Position numbers and translations under genes: made by a program. From Phyllobates terribilis (lineage: Eukaryota): a stretch of DNA of 64,000 bases. This document shows positions 47,476 to 64,000 of the stretch, in pieces; within the stretch, counting starts at the first letter, position 1; each line of letters begins with the position of its first letter. The DNA lies in NCBI RefSeq assembly GCF_046119375.1, contig NW_027362764.1, positions 134,478,001-134,542,000 on the forward strand, in the 5' to 3' direction. The notes beneath the pieces are model-generated. The model was not told where the DNA came from. It did no database searches and worked only from the letters and a program-made list of their open reading frames with translations.

Positions 47476-49605
47476 AAGGGGGGGTACTGTTAGAACCTTG
47501 CTGTTAGGTTTTTTTTCCTTTGCTGGTCACATGACCTTGTTGGCCTATTTAATCCTGCTCCGCCCTTCTGGCTTTGCTGGACTTCATTGTATATCTACTT
47601 TCTAGCTAGCCTGTGCTCTGTATCTAACTCTGTTAGTTTGCTTGGTCTACGGACCTCTATGTTCTATCTATTTTGTTTGTTCGTCTGTCTGCTACTATTT
47701 CTGTTAGGAGGTGTCCCATATTCCTCCCAGTCCTTAGTACTTGTAGGGATTCCCTCCTCACATCTATAGGTCTCCGTACAGACTAGATTAGGACTTTAGC
47801 AGGTCTGATCGCAGGATCAGGTTCCCTGTTACATCGTAGGGATTCAGCTGAGTCTTATAGTAGGGACAGATCTCCTCTCTTTCCTTAGTTTTGGTAGCAG
47901 AACATAACACCACCCTTCACAATGGTCATTAACAAAAATCACTCCCTTTTAAAATGGAGGTTTAACTCCTCTCAGCAAATAACATGCTGGAGCAAACTTC
48001 ATGGTTTCAATTCAAGCTAATAGCCTCCGTGAAACATATCTTTCCTCCATTACTTTACCAGTGACTTTGTTACAACACGTACATGCATAGAAGACAGTAA
48101 GGTCCAGAGCAATTATCAAAATTGTCTCCCCATTCTGGTGTCTTATTTTGCCATCCAGGACATAAGGGTCTTGTATTTGTTTTGTTGATGTGCAGTTTTG
48201 ACCAAGACTTGGTTACCTAAACCATTAGGATCTCCACCCAAATGCAAATTTTGCCGAGAGCAAATGGGACCGAATCATTGTTGCATTTGTGCCTTGTTTC
48301 TGGCATAGTTCTAATAGTGTTCATTTTTATTTCATTTGTACTCCATTTATTATTTAGTTTCCCCTTTGTTAAATAACTTTACTTGGTTTTGGAAGTTTTT
48401 TTTCCGGGATTATGGGTGTGGGTTTTGGTTATCTAGATATTTTTCACACAATTTATCATTTATGACCTTTTTAAAATGTTGCAATTTTTTTGCACAATTG
48501 CCCAAAATCTGTCTGGGTTTTTTTTAGTTAAAGACTAATGCACAACATTTTAAAGCTTCCTAAAGAATCTTACTACTTTCTTCTCTAAAAAGGCACAAAA
48601 AAGAGCCAAAAATAAGCATCTGTGAATTTGTAGAAATTTAATAAACATTGAGCACCCATTTTGATTAATTTGGTGCAATATCCACCAGCACAGAAAGAAT
48701 GACAATACGAAAAATTACTTAGAAAATGCAAAAGATGAATTGAGACCTTGAAGTTCACAGGTTGCTGTTTGACTTAGTCATAATCAGCCAAAATATCAAG
48801 GGAAGAAGTGCCCTTTTTTTATAGATTTTATATTTTTTTATAGAATTTTCTGGTTCCTCCTTATGAAATGTAATATTATATAAACCAATAACATAAATTA
48901 TACTACACAGAGAGAACAGAGTATAACTAATGGTACTGCATCATGTCACAAGAGGATGTTTAACAGGATCTTGGTAATTCCTTGCTTAATTTCATTACTC
49001 TTTCAACTGTTCTTATAAAACCTGGATCACTCTGACAATTGAAGCTACAGCACAAAAGGAGGGAATCTAGAAGTAACTAAATATAAGGAAATACGCATGG
49101 TATTTCTGTGAAGCTATGACAATTTATTTCTAAGACATTTAGAACATGTCTTTTGTGCCGCAGACCAAGTATGTGCCCAACGGCCCTTCTTGACAACTTC
49201 CCCGTGACCACGAGGAGGTTGTATGGTAATGTGTATGGACAGTCTAGTTTAGTCTGTAGTGTTATATAATTATAATATGCTTAGCTATTTTTTGGGGGGG
49301 GATTTATATCCAATCTGTGGGAAATTGTGGCAAGTCATGTTCACTGTGTACAATAATAAATGTTCATAGAAAAGTTACCGTAATTCAAATCTGAAAGATT
49401 TCCCAACATAAAAATTGGAGAGCAGGCTCTGACACATACCGCTACATAGGCATGCAGTAGCATATATTGCAGATTCCATGCAATATAGTATGTCTTTATT
49501 TTGAGTAGTCTAAAATAATATTTGAGTGAACAGAATTGAATTTTCACTGCATATATGTACAATAAAAAATTATATTGTGGTACCGTGTTAGCCAGAAAAA
49601 TCAAT

Positions 49606-49843
49606 GTAAATACTTTTCATGTCCAAAGATGACAAAAGTATTCTCGGAGTGATACTTTTATTGGCTAACCAGAACAAAACACTGTATATATTTGAAAGCT
49701 TTCAGAGCACAGACGTTATTTCTTTAGGCAGATTTTCAAGAAGGAGCCTCTGTGCGCTGAAAGCTTATTTTGTTCTGGTTAGCCAATAAACGTATCACTC
49801 CGAGAATACTTTTGTCATCTTTGGGCATAAAAAGTATTTACAT
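49606..49843. repeat. Palindromic element with ~75-bp arms (possible Penelope-like terminal repeat)
   Basis: AAAGATGACAAAAGTATTCTCGGAGTGATAC..TTATTGGCTAACCAGAACAA mirrored at 49768-49843. Confidence 0.55.
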
Positions 49844-52800
49844 CGACCATGCATATATAAAAATTGTAAGGTGAACAGAGCCTAAAATGTCCTTATGTTG
49901 GAGAATTGGCACCCGTAGCTAAATACTAACTGTATGAGAATTATTTCTCAACAGTTCTCAACAGTTCAGAAGAACAGATCCCATTGTCTTATCACATTAA
50001 TGCAGTATTTTGTAGTAAAATAAATTATTAGGAGACACAATAATTAACTGATGAAAGCTCCTTGGTTTCCTGCAAACTGGACAACTTCCAAGAGGCAAGG
50101 AGTCATGGTATACTGTACAGTGTTGGAGTGTTTAGGGGGCATTGAGACAGTTTCCTAGACCGCCAAAGTTAATTGTGGTGTAAGGGGATAGTTTAACCTG
50201 CCATGCCACAACTATCAAAGAATCCAGGAGACTTCGAATACACTGAGCGGGGTCGGCAAGCATCGTTTTTTCACTGGCATAGTGAGTACCTGACAGGTGG
50301 TTGGCAAGCTAAATTATAAGCATCCAGCGGCTGCATTACCATCTGACTCACTGACGTCACTTCAAATGCAGAGTGCAACAGTCAAAATGATTTTGACTTT
50401 GGCTGCTGAGCTTTGCACAGACAGCAATCGAGATGACAAAGCTCTCAGTATAATGATGTGAGCTTGATTATCTCTGTCTCTGCCTATGCAGAGAGCAACA
50501 GCCGAAGACAAACTCATTTAGACTACTGCACTCTGCATAGGCAATAACCGAGATTACAGAGGCGGAATCATCTCTTTCACTCTTCTCTGCCTCTACTCTC
50601 ACTCTCATTCTAATGAGACCTGCTGGGAGAGCTGTCCCAAATTTAGTAAAGTTTCCCCTGTAAAAATAAAAGTTAGAATATATTTTACAATTTTGCACAC
50701 TTTTTCTGACCCTGTTCAGGGTTAGTGCTAACGTTAGGGTTAGGACTTGCGTAATTAAAATAATTGCATTAAAAAAAAACACAAAAATGTAAGAAAAAAA
50801 GAAAAAGTAAAAAATGTATAATGCATATTATTTTATTTTTAAGATTCGATGTTGAATTTCAGCAAAAAACAGAAATTAACAACAGGGCCAAAGGCCAAAC
50901 ATGTGATTGGAAGATAAGAGGTTTAATACTCTACTAGTGGAAAGGACTCAGAGATCTAAGGGTGCATGAGTAAGGAAGCACAAATACTTGTGCCCATTCT
51001 ACGTCAGTTATGGTACATATAACATGAGGAAGATTCAATAAATGGGTTATCCCAACAAACAAAATATAAAATAAATACATCACACAATCTGTTTCAGTGT
51101 TTCTCCCTGCTCTGGATTGGTGCTGTGCAGAGACATACCACAGGGATGTAGCTTGTACATTTTCTCCAAATGCAGCGGAGGAGGAGCAGAGCATGAGCAT
51201 CAAAAGTTTACTTCTCTCACATGCTGAGAGGGTGAATGCTCTATGGCTATGTGTCTATGCTGTCAAAAGGATCCTTTTCCTCTTCTAGCATTGGAAACTG
51301 CACTAATAGTGCAGGATTGGAATTATCAGCGCAGTTCCTGCTTTGTGAAGTTAGTCAACCCTTGGACTGAGTGGCCTATTGGGGATCTGCCCGGCCTGAC
51401 AGATGACCAGTTTGGGGCTGTGCCTGGGAAAGAAAGACTACAGATTGAAGCTTCACCAGAACTGTGAGGATCTTCTGGGTGGAGTGACACATAAGCTTTT
51501 CTGCCATGTGCCAGCCCACAAGCCACCAACAGAGCAGGAAAAAAAATGTGAAGGACAAGATATAGAAAGAAATTGAAAAATTTGAGTGGAAAAATGCTGT
51601 TCAGGCACTATTGTCATTAGATAGATATATACTTTAGACTCTGTTTTTGTGTATGAGGGTAAAACATTGCACAGAATGAACTCAAGTTTTATGATCATAA
51701 TTGTTGTATTGAAAGACACATATAAAACTATGTTTAGACTTTGCCAAAGTGTGCATAGTGCTGTATACACTTGCCTACACCGTAAAACATCATATACTAA
51801 CATTGGAAAGGACACTTATAAGCTTATTCACAATACAGTAAGTGGAACAGGGCATCTTTTGTTCTTAGAATAGGTAAATGAGTCAGTGACTTATAATCAA
51901 ATTAGAACACGGAAATGTAACAGACAAATTTAATCTGGAGATATATTTTCAATCCAGTGATGGAAATACTTTTTATTTTAGATAATATTGAATTATTGAC
52001 CATCATAGATGGAAAAAAAAGTCACAACAACTGATCAAAAAGTCTCAAATTGCTCCAAATTGATGTAGGATGTGAACTATTAAATTTGGTGCAACTCGCT
52101 AAACACTTTAAACACATTTGTGATTTTTCTGTCTCTATTAAATTTCAAACATACTGGCCAAAGAGTAGAATAACTTCTATGGAAATGTTTCTCCTATGTT
52201 CTAGCCCAGTTCACTACCATGAATAAGGAAATGTACTGTGCTTTCCCAGATATATAATGAGGTGTGGTAGTGTTGCATAAGAATCCAGATGCTGAGATAA
52301 ACTAGGCTAAGAAATATATTTTGGCTATCCACAATACACTTGTATTACACAGAGGACAAGTCCACTGGATTATTAGTTCATACGTTCATTATTGTGCATT
52401 TGGTAAACAGTAGCTGGGAAAGAATACAAAAAGCAAAAATCTATAAAAATGTTTGGCTTACCTCACACAAGTAATTCTTGGATAAAATCAATAAAGAGGA
52501 TAGCCATGATTCATCAAGACCAGAGTTGTTCATGCAAGTCTTGGTGAGTAAAGAGGGCGTTGGAGTGAGACTTGCCCAATTGATTAATAGATGCACGTCT
52601 TTTAATGAATCAATCACGTCTTATGACTCGCCACAAATCTTACTTCGGCCAGGGAGTGGAGTAAGATTTGTGGTGTAAGGTAGCCACAGATCCTCATTGT
52701 TTCAGCTCACCTGGTGAGGTCCAGGTGGGCACACGGGTCAAGAGCGTCAGTGCACAGTAAGGTAAGTCACGTGGAAAACAAGGACTAGAAGCACTGGAGG

Positions 52801-54112
52801 CCACAGGCAGACAGCACAGGAAAACTAAGAGTTAATACCAAGACACAGGTGTGCATCTTGGTGAGCCTTATATAGGCAGATTATCACATAGGAGCATGAC
52901 TGGCCACTTGCAAAGCCAACATGGAGCAACACAGAGTTCAGAGGATCGAGGTGAGGGGAGAAGAGCCCGGACCCAGGACAGGTGTATTACAGTCAAGAAT
53001 TAGACAGGTGGACTTGACCATGTCCTGTCTACCCCCATTCCGTCCCAGCTCCAGCCAACATTTTGAAATCTTTAAGAGCCTTCACATCATGCAAACTGAA
53101 CGCTGTGAGGATTCTCTGGTGCCTGCACTGGGAGCGGTCGGTCATGTGACTGAGTGTGTGATTTGCATACTTACTGTAACATTCCGACTGGACATGTCTG
53201 GCCTCACTCAATACACTTGCATTGAGTGAGGCTGTGCAAGTCTAGTCAGCACATGACCTAATGTATGCAAACCACAGACTTGTGGTCATGCGTCTGCCGC
53301 TCTCGGCACCAGAGAATCCTCACAGTTCGCAATGTGTGCATTGTCAGGATTCACAAGCATTCACAAGTATGCGTCACATAGAGTGTCTGCAGACTTGTAC
53401 CCTAAGGACGGACAACCCATTTAAGGCTGGATTTACTATCCGTGTGTAAGGTGCCCCAGCGAGGTAGTCATGGGCGAGTTATGGCCCCTGCTCGCTCTGG
53501 CACCCTACAGACAAGGTGTGTCCTCCCTCTGATGTGCTGTGGTGTATGTAGTGCTCTCCACTTTTTTTCCTAATGTGCCCACCCTCTGTGAGCTGTCATC
53601 ACACACCATTAACCCCTTCACTGTCTGCAATACTGCTGGCAGACTCAACCTGGCATCTGCACCCGGGACAGTGGCATCTTGTGGCTGGTTACCAATACTA
53701 CAGCCCACAAGGAAATATATCAGAAACAAAGCTTTACACACATTCTATGCTTGATCATGGTACTAGGTTCCCCTCTACTCTACTGGCTGGATTATCACAG
53801 CTAACCCCTTAACTGGACCCAAGGGCAGCTCAGAGAGATCTAACTACTGGGAACATTCTATTTTAACTATTTCAGTGCCACAAGGAAGCTACATCCTTCT
53901 CCAATACTACATGTGCACTGGTTTTCTGGCATAAAATTTACCAAATTTGTTCATAGAACAAAGCAATTTTTTTTTTCAGAAACAAACATTTTTGTAGCTT
54001 TTCTTTGCAATTTTTAGTATCTGCTAGCTTTTTTAAGAGCCCCAATAATTTACTGTGCAATTTTATTGACTTGGTTAATGTAAGTAAATAACTCACATAT
54101 GTATTTCATTAA

Positions 54113-54556
54113 AGGGGTTGTCCGGTTAAAAGTGATAAGTCTGCAGTCACTCTGTGTGACTGCAAACTTATGAATCCCCCCAGTGCACATACCGTGCACT
54201 GCGGGGATTCGCCGGTTTCAGACCCGGTAACGGAGAGTATGTATGAGTTACACATACCCCTAGCCATTCAGCGCCGCCACACTCCATACACTTGTATGGA
54301 GCGAGGCCACGTCCCATTTAGTGGTGTGGACAGCGAGTGGTCGTGTCCGACTAGAAGGCGCGGCCTCGCTCCATACAAGTGTATGGAGAGTGAGGCCACG
54401 CCCACTGGTCGGAGGTATGTGTAACTAATACATTGCCTCTGGTCCCAGGTCTCATACCAGAAAATCCCTCCAGCGCACAGTGCGTTCGCTGGGGGGATTC
54501 ATAAGTCTGCAGTCACACAGAGTGACTGAAGACATCACTTTAACCGGACAACCCCT
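54113..54556. mobile_element. T2/Kolobok-like MITE
   Basis: TTAA|AGGGGTTGTCCGGTTAAA ... TTTAACCGGACAACCCCT|TTAA. Confidence 0.85.
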
Positions 54557-57241
54557 TTAAGTATCTGGACTGAATGGGAGGATTTGGCTTAAGCTGTTCA
54601 TAATTCTATTGAGCTAACTATTTTGCTGCACAAAGAGATTCAGAAGTTTTTAGACCTACCACAGAAATACCTACCAGGGAAGACTGAGAATAGTGGACCC
54701 CATTTATCAAAAATGGTGTAACTAGCAGCAAATCTTTAGTGTAGTCACTTCATTTCCAATATTATCATTGTCAAATACTGCACTTTAATAATAAATTTGG
54801 CGCAAGTTATGCCAACGCAACTTTTTGAGCATTGTCTTCCTAATGATAAAACCCTGAGACCAATGTGTCAAAAGTTGCAAAATTTTCAACAAATTGCAAC
54901 TTGCATGTTAGAAATGAGCAAAAGTCCAGATGTTTCAAATGACGCATTGTAATATAGAATTTTGCACTAATTGTGACTTTTTATATGTTAAAAATGATTA
55001 CAATTTAAATGTATTTGTCCTATGTCCTTTTTAAGACAGCTATGACCTGTATAGAATATGCAACTTTTTTTAGAACTGAATCATAAGTTTGTAGTACTTC
55101 ACGCCAAAAGGTAAGAAGAGCACCCTTTTCTCATTTTTTTTTAAGTTTTGGCACAGGTACTAAAGACTACTGTAATAAATGGTATAAAGCATTGATAAAT
55201 TTGGTTTATGCATTTGCAATAATGAAATATTGCAATTTGCGCAAAAATGGTGCAAGCATTATGATAAATGTTACCTGGTATGTCGGATGTATCACAATTA
55301 CTGTTTTGTTTTTAAAACATTTTTAATCTTTTATTATTTTATGATGTATCACATTTTTTAACATTACATTTTCTACATGTAAATCCATTATTTTACACAG
55401 ACTAAACTATCTGACATACTGCTCCATATATACATACCGTCAGCTGAGAACCGAGGATCTTAGAAATAATAAGAATTTTCCATGACATTACAGGGAGCGT
55501 GTGGTGCTTAGCAGCCAGGTGTGGCTACAGAAAGTAATATGTGGGTTTTATGTGCTGTTTACTGTTGACTCCTACAGAGAAACCGGAATTACAGGTTGCG
55601 GTTTAAGAACGCAGTATTCTCCAGCCATATGTTACTTACAGTATTACCAAATATGGCAGTACAAATGTCTTAACGCCCAACAAGCACAAAAAGTTTAAGC
55701 AATGTCTGTATGTTCAAGTTTTTGGGTTTCTGGACACATAGAAAACCTAACATAGTGTCAAAATAATCGATTATGGCCAGCACTAACCAGTGGTTCTCTG
55801 TAAGGTCTAAACATCTCTCACTGTATATAGTGTTATTGCCAAGAGGTTCACAAAGTTCAAGACCAGGCAATTTACCTCCGTTCCTGACCAGGCAGTTTAA
55901 AGAAGTGTACTTTTTTTTATCGTTCTGATATTCTAGTAATATTTGCATATTATTTTCATGATACATGGGGCTTCATTTTTATGTTTCTGTCATATTCTCC
56001 CTTTCTTTTGCTGATATTGGTCTCTTTTTCACATTTTTATGACCACAAAGAATGACTAAAATACATTTAAGATGTGTTCCCCATTCTGTGACAAATATTT
56101 GTGTGTGTCAAATGTGTTTTTTTTTATGGAGGCAGGGCTAGTAACAGCAATTTAGATTGGCAGTGGCATTTTAGTTTACCGTTATTTATTTTTTACCTGT
56201 TATTTTTTATTTATTTATGTTTCATTTATTTTACACATTGTGCCACAACAAAAGGTTTTTTGTATAATTTAAGACTTGTTCACACAACCGTATTTTTGGT
56301 CAAAGTGACAGCAATTGGCAAAATACTTGTGTCCATTGTGAGAAAAATAAGTATTCTTGTTTCTTGTGCATCAAGAAGTGTCTGTGATATTCTAGTGGGA
56401 GCAAATGCTCCTCTCGAGAGACCGGATTCCATTCTGCAAGTGCTGATCAATGCTGGACTATCATTTGTTCTGGCTCTTGTAAGAATAACAAAGTAAGGTA
56501 TGAGTGATTCATTTTAGCTCAGAGATATAAACGAGATGGAATTACACACCGTGCATTTTCTAGTGCTCAAAACAGAGAGTTGTGGTACTGAAAACAGGTT
56601 TTTCATATGTCCCCAACAAAAGATATGCATAAAGGGCTGTAAAATACTGTCACATCACAGTGGGTGAAGGGCTATGATTTGGTAGTTGAGATCTGTATTG
56701 AAAAGTTTTAGGTTTTTTTTTGGTATTAAAAATCAGGAAGGATGAAGTGGAGTTCAATAGTGACATCAGAAGTAGGTATCAACCAGATTCTACTCTTGTT
56801 ACTCCATGGAGATCAATATAGCATGCATGTCAGCAATAAATCGGGGACTGATGCTATAGAATAGGGATACAAAGTCAGAATACAAGGGGTTTACTTGTCT
56901 GAAACCCTGGACTCACATATATAGAGGTATAAGATCCAGCGATGTAGGCTGTGAGTCTTGGTATAATAAAATATAGCTTTTATTGAGCCATATAAAAAGC
57001 AAATCCAATCCACTTATTGGCACATATTGGCGTAGATGTAAATTAGGAACTAGTGATAGGACCTACGCGTTTTGACTTGCGTCTTACCCATGGAATCACA
57101 CAAACTTGCAAATGAGCTATATACACAAATGATGATATTGTAAACCTCTTCTCTAACCCTACTCATAGAATCATAGAATGGTAGAGTTGGAAGGGACCTC
57201 CTGGGTCATCTGGTCCAACCCCCTGCTCAAAGCAGGATTCA

Positions 57242-61608
<4,367 letters not shown>

Positions 61609-61730
61609 ATTTTTATTATTTAAATTGTTTTGTCTTTGTTCTTCCTTTCCACTTCCAGTAGCAGAGATCTCAATAGTATTTGTCAGCTGTATGGCTTTTT
61701 CTGGCCTTTTGCTTCCCTTCCCACATTGTT

Positions 61731-62693
61731 CTAGTTTAAAGCTCTTCTGATGAGTGTAGCAAGGCGACTTCTAAATACATGTTTTCCAGTCTTCGTAAGG
61801 TGCACCCCATCTCTAGCAAGTAGTCCATCGTATAGGTAATTCATTCCGTGATCCAGAAATCCAAATCCTTGTTGACGGCACCATCGACGTAGCCAGTTGT
61901 TCACCTGTAGAATCTTATTCCACCTCATTGTTCCATGGCCATCCACTGGGAGGATGGATGAGAAGACCACCTGTGCTCCCAATTCTTTCACTTTCTTGCC
62001 TAAGTCTTCAAAGTCACTGCAGATGGTTTCCAGGTCCTTTCTTGCGGTGTCATTTGTCCCCACATGTATTAGCAGGAATGGGTAGTGATCTGTAGGTCTG
62101 AAGAGTCTTGATATCCTATCAGACACATCTTTAATTTTTGCTCCTGGAAGACAACACATTTCTCTTGAGGTTATGTCTGGTCTGCAGATAGCGGCCTCTG
62201 TTCCTCTTAACAGGGAATCCCCCATGACCACCACTCTCCGTTTTTTCTTCACAACATTCTTCTTTCTCCATCCAGGAGGATTCTGAGGGCTTACAAGGTT
62301 ATTCATTGCTGGCAAAGTCTTATTTTGCTGTATTTCTTCATGGTTCTCCTGCGTGAGAGCCTGGTACTGGTTCCTGAGCAGTATGGGTGCTGACTGCCTC
62401 TCGATCCTCCTGCTTCTGTGGGTCACATGCTTCCATTCCTCTGTTTCGTCAGGTGCAGTTCGAATTTCTTCTCTTTCTGAATCATGAAGAGATAATTCTG
62501 CTCTGTCTAAGAACTCTTCACCTTCCTTAATGATTTTCAAGGTAGTTAACCTCTCTTCTAGATTTCGCAACTTTTCCTCCAACAGGGACACAAGCTTGCA
62601 TTTCTGGCATGTGAAGTTTGGCTTTTCCACTGGCAAGTCTGTGAACAAGTAGCAGGATATGCAGCTCACCAAATGGCTCCTGGACTCTTCCAT
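61731..62693 (-). CDS. CR1 ORF1: zinc finger/leucine zipper + SGNH esterase (320 aa)
   Basis: CISC..CQKC, LLEEKLRNLEERL, GDSLLRG, HVGTND, DGVH. Confidence 0.92.
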   Translation of the reverse strand: MEESRSHLVSCISCYLFTDLPVEKPNFTCQKCKLVSLLEEKLRNLEERLTTLKIIKEGEEFLDRAELSLHDSEREEIRTAPDETEEWKHVTHRSRRIERQSAPILLRNQYQALTQENHEEIQQNKTLPAMNNLVSPQNPPGWRKKNVVKKKRRVVVMGDSLLRGTEAAICRPDITSREMCCLPGAKIKDVSDRISRLFRPTDHYPFLLIHVGTNDTARKDLETICSDFEDLGKKVKELGAQVVFSSILPVDGHGTMRWNKILQVNNWLRRWCRQQGFGFLDHGMNYLYDGLLARDGVHLTKTGKHVFRSRLATLIRRALN

Positions 62694-62772
62694 GTTCTTT
62701 TTGTTAATGTTCTGAAAACAGTGAAAAAAGCTTAAAAAAAAATCTTCAAAATGCGCGCGCCGGTAGGCGCGC

Positions 62773-64000
62773 GGTTTACCGATGTCCTCTTTTCAGCCCC
62801 AACAGCCAAAATCCAGTGTTCTTTGAGCTCGCGGAGACTCTTCACTTACCCCAAAATGCAGTGGGAATATGCAAATTATCTCCTCAGGACTCCTTCCCTG
62901 GTTTACCGATGTCCTCTTTTCAGCCCCAACAGCCAAAATCCAGTGTTCTTTGAGCTCGCGGAGACTCTTCACTTACCCCAAAATGCAGTGGGAATATGCA
63001 AATTATCTCCTCAGGACTCCTTCCCTGGTTTACCGATGTCCTCTTTTCAGCCCCAACAGCCAAAATCCAGTGTTCTTTGAGCTCGCGGAGACTCTTCACT
63101 TACCCCAAAATGCAGTGGGAATATGCAAATTATCTCCTCAGGACTCCTTCCCTGGTTTACCGATGTCCTCTTTTCAGCCCCAACAGCCAAAATCCAGTGT
63201 TCTTTGAGCTCGCGGAGACTCTTCACTTACCCCAAAATGCAGTGGGAATATGCAAATTATCTCCTCAGGACTCCTTCCCTGGTTTACCGATGTCCTCTTT
63301 TCAGCCCCAACAGCCAAAATCCAGTGTTCTTTGAGCTCGCGGAGACTCTTCACTTACCCCAAAATGCAGTGGGAATATGCAAATTATCTCCTCAGGACTC
63401 CTTCCCTGGTTTACCGATGTCCTCTTTTCAGCCCCAACAGCCAAAATCCAGTGTTCTTTGAGCTCGCGGAGACTCTTCACTTACCCCAAAATGCAGTGGG
63501 AATATGCAAATTATCTCCTCAGGACTCCTTCCCTGGTTTACCGATGTCCTCTTTTCAGCCCCAACAGCCAAAATCCAGTGTTCTTTGAGCTCGCGGAGAC
63601 TCTTCACTTACCCCAAAATGCAGTGGGAATATGCAAATTATCTCCTCAGGACTCCTTCCCTGGTTTACCGATGTCCTCTTTTCAGCCCCAACAGCCAAAA
63701 TCCAGTGTTCTTTGAGCTCGCGGAGACTCTTCACTTACCCCAAAATGCAGTGGGAATATGCAAATTATCTCCTCAGGACTCCTTCCCTGGTTTACCGATG
63801 TCCTCTTTTCAGCCCCAACAGCCAAAATCCAGTGTTCTTTGAGCTCGCGGAGACTCTTCACTTACCCCAAAATGCAGTGGGAATATGCAAATTATCTCCT
63901 CAGGACTCCTTCCCTGGTTTACCGATGTCCTCTTTTCAGCCCCAACAGCCAAAATCCAGTGTTCTTTGAGCTCGCGGAGACTCTTCACTTACCCCAAAAT
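62773..64000. repeat. 127-bp near-perfect tandem array (>=9.6 copies, runs off the window) at the CR1 5' end
   Basis: Unit starts 62773, 62900, ...; identical translations in seven successive ORFs. Confidence 0.97.

Larger units (their letters stand above)
42922..47909 (+). mobile_element. Full-length Ty3/Gypsy chromovirus (Tf1/sushi group); LTRs 42922-43343 and 47488-47909
   Basis: 422-bp TG...CA LTRs with only ~3 differences noticed, 5-bp TSD CCACC, PPT AGAAGGGGGGG. Confidence 0.97.

Noticed and set aside
51243-51558. Short ORFs on both strands as exons
   Set aside because: Candidates on opposite strands are equally plausible with no consistent splice pair
62751-63969. Eight repeated 109-112 aa plus-strand ORFs
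   Set aside because: Translation artefact of the 127-bp tandem repeat; no domain signal

Overview
Repeat-dense vertebrate DNA, most likely an anuran amphibian (inferred from its MITE, Tc1, hAT, CR1, V-SINE and sushi-type families; species not determinable). The window is almost entirely nested transposable elements. (1) An 11.7-kb hAT transposon with an intact 1233-aa transposase, an internal higher-order tandem array and cargo (Tc1, L1 RT, solo LTR, an 18S rRNA fragment). (2) Six independent insertions of one ~1.0-1.2-kb LTR family with 4-bp TSDs: five solo LTRs and one full 4.6-kb non-autonomous element whose only recognisable domain is a cold-shock (Y-box-like) domain. (3) A young, near-intact Tf1/sushi-type chromoviral Gypsy. 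(4) A CR1 LINE (SGNH-esterase ORF1, ORF2 split by a Tc1) with a 127-bp tandem array at its 5' end. (5) Several Tc1 relics, MITEs, a SINE and an L2 fragment. Only weak candidate exons of a host gene are visible. Best candidate for an undescribed system: the cold-shock-domain LTR family, whose LTRs also carry a tRNA-Ser-complementary motif that differs between subfamilies. All domain and tRNA assignments are by eye and from memory, not from database searches.
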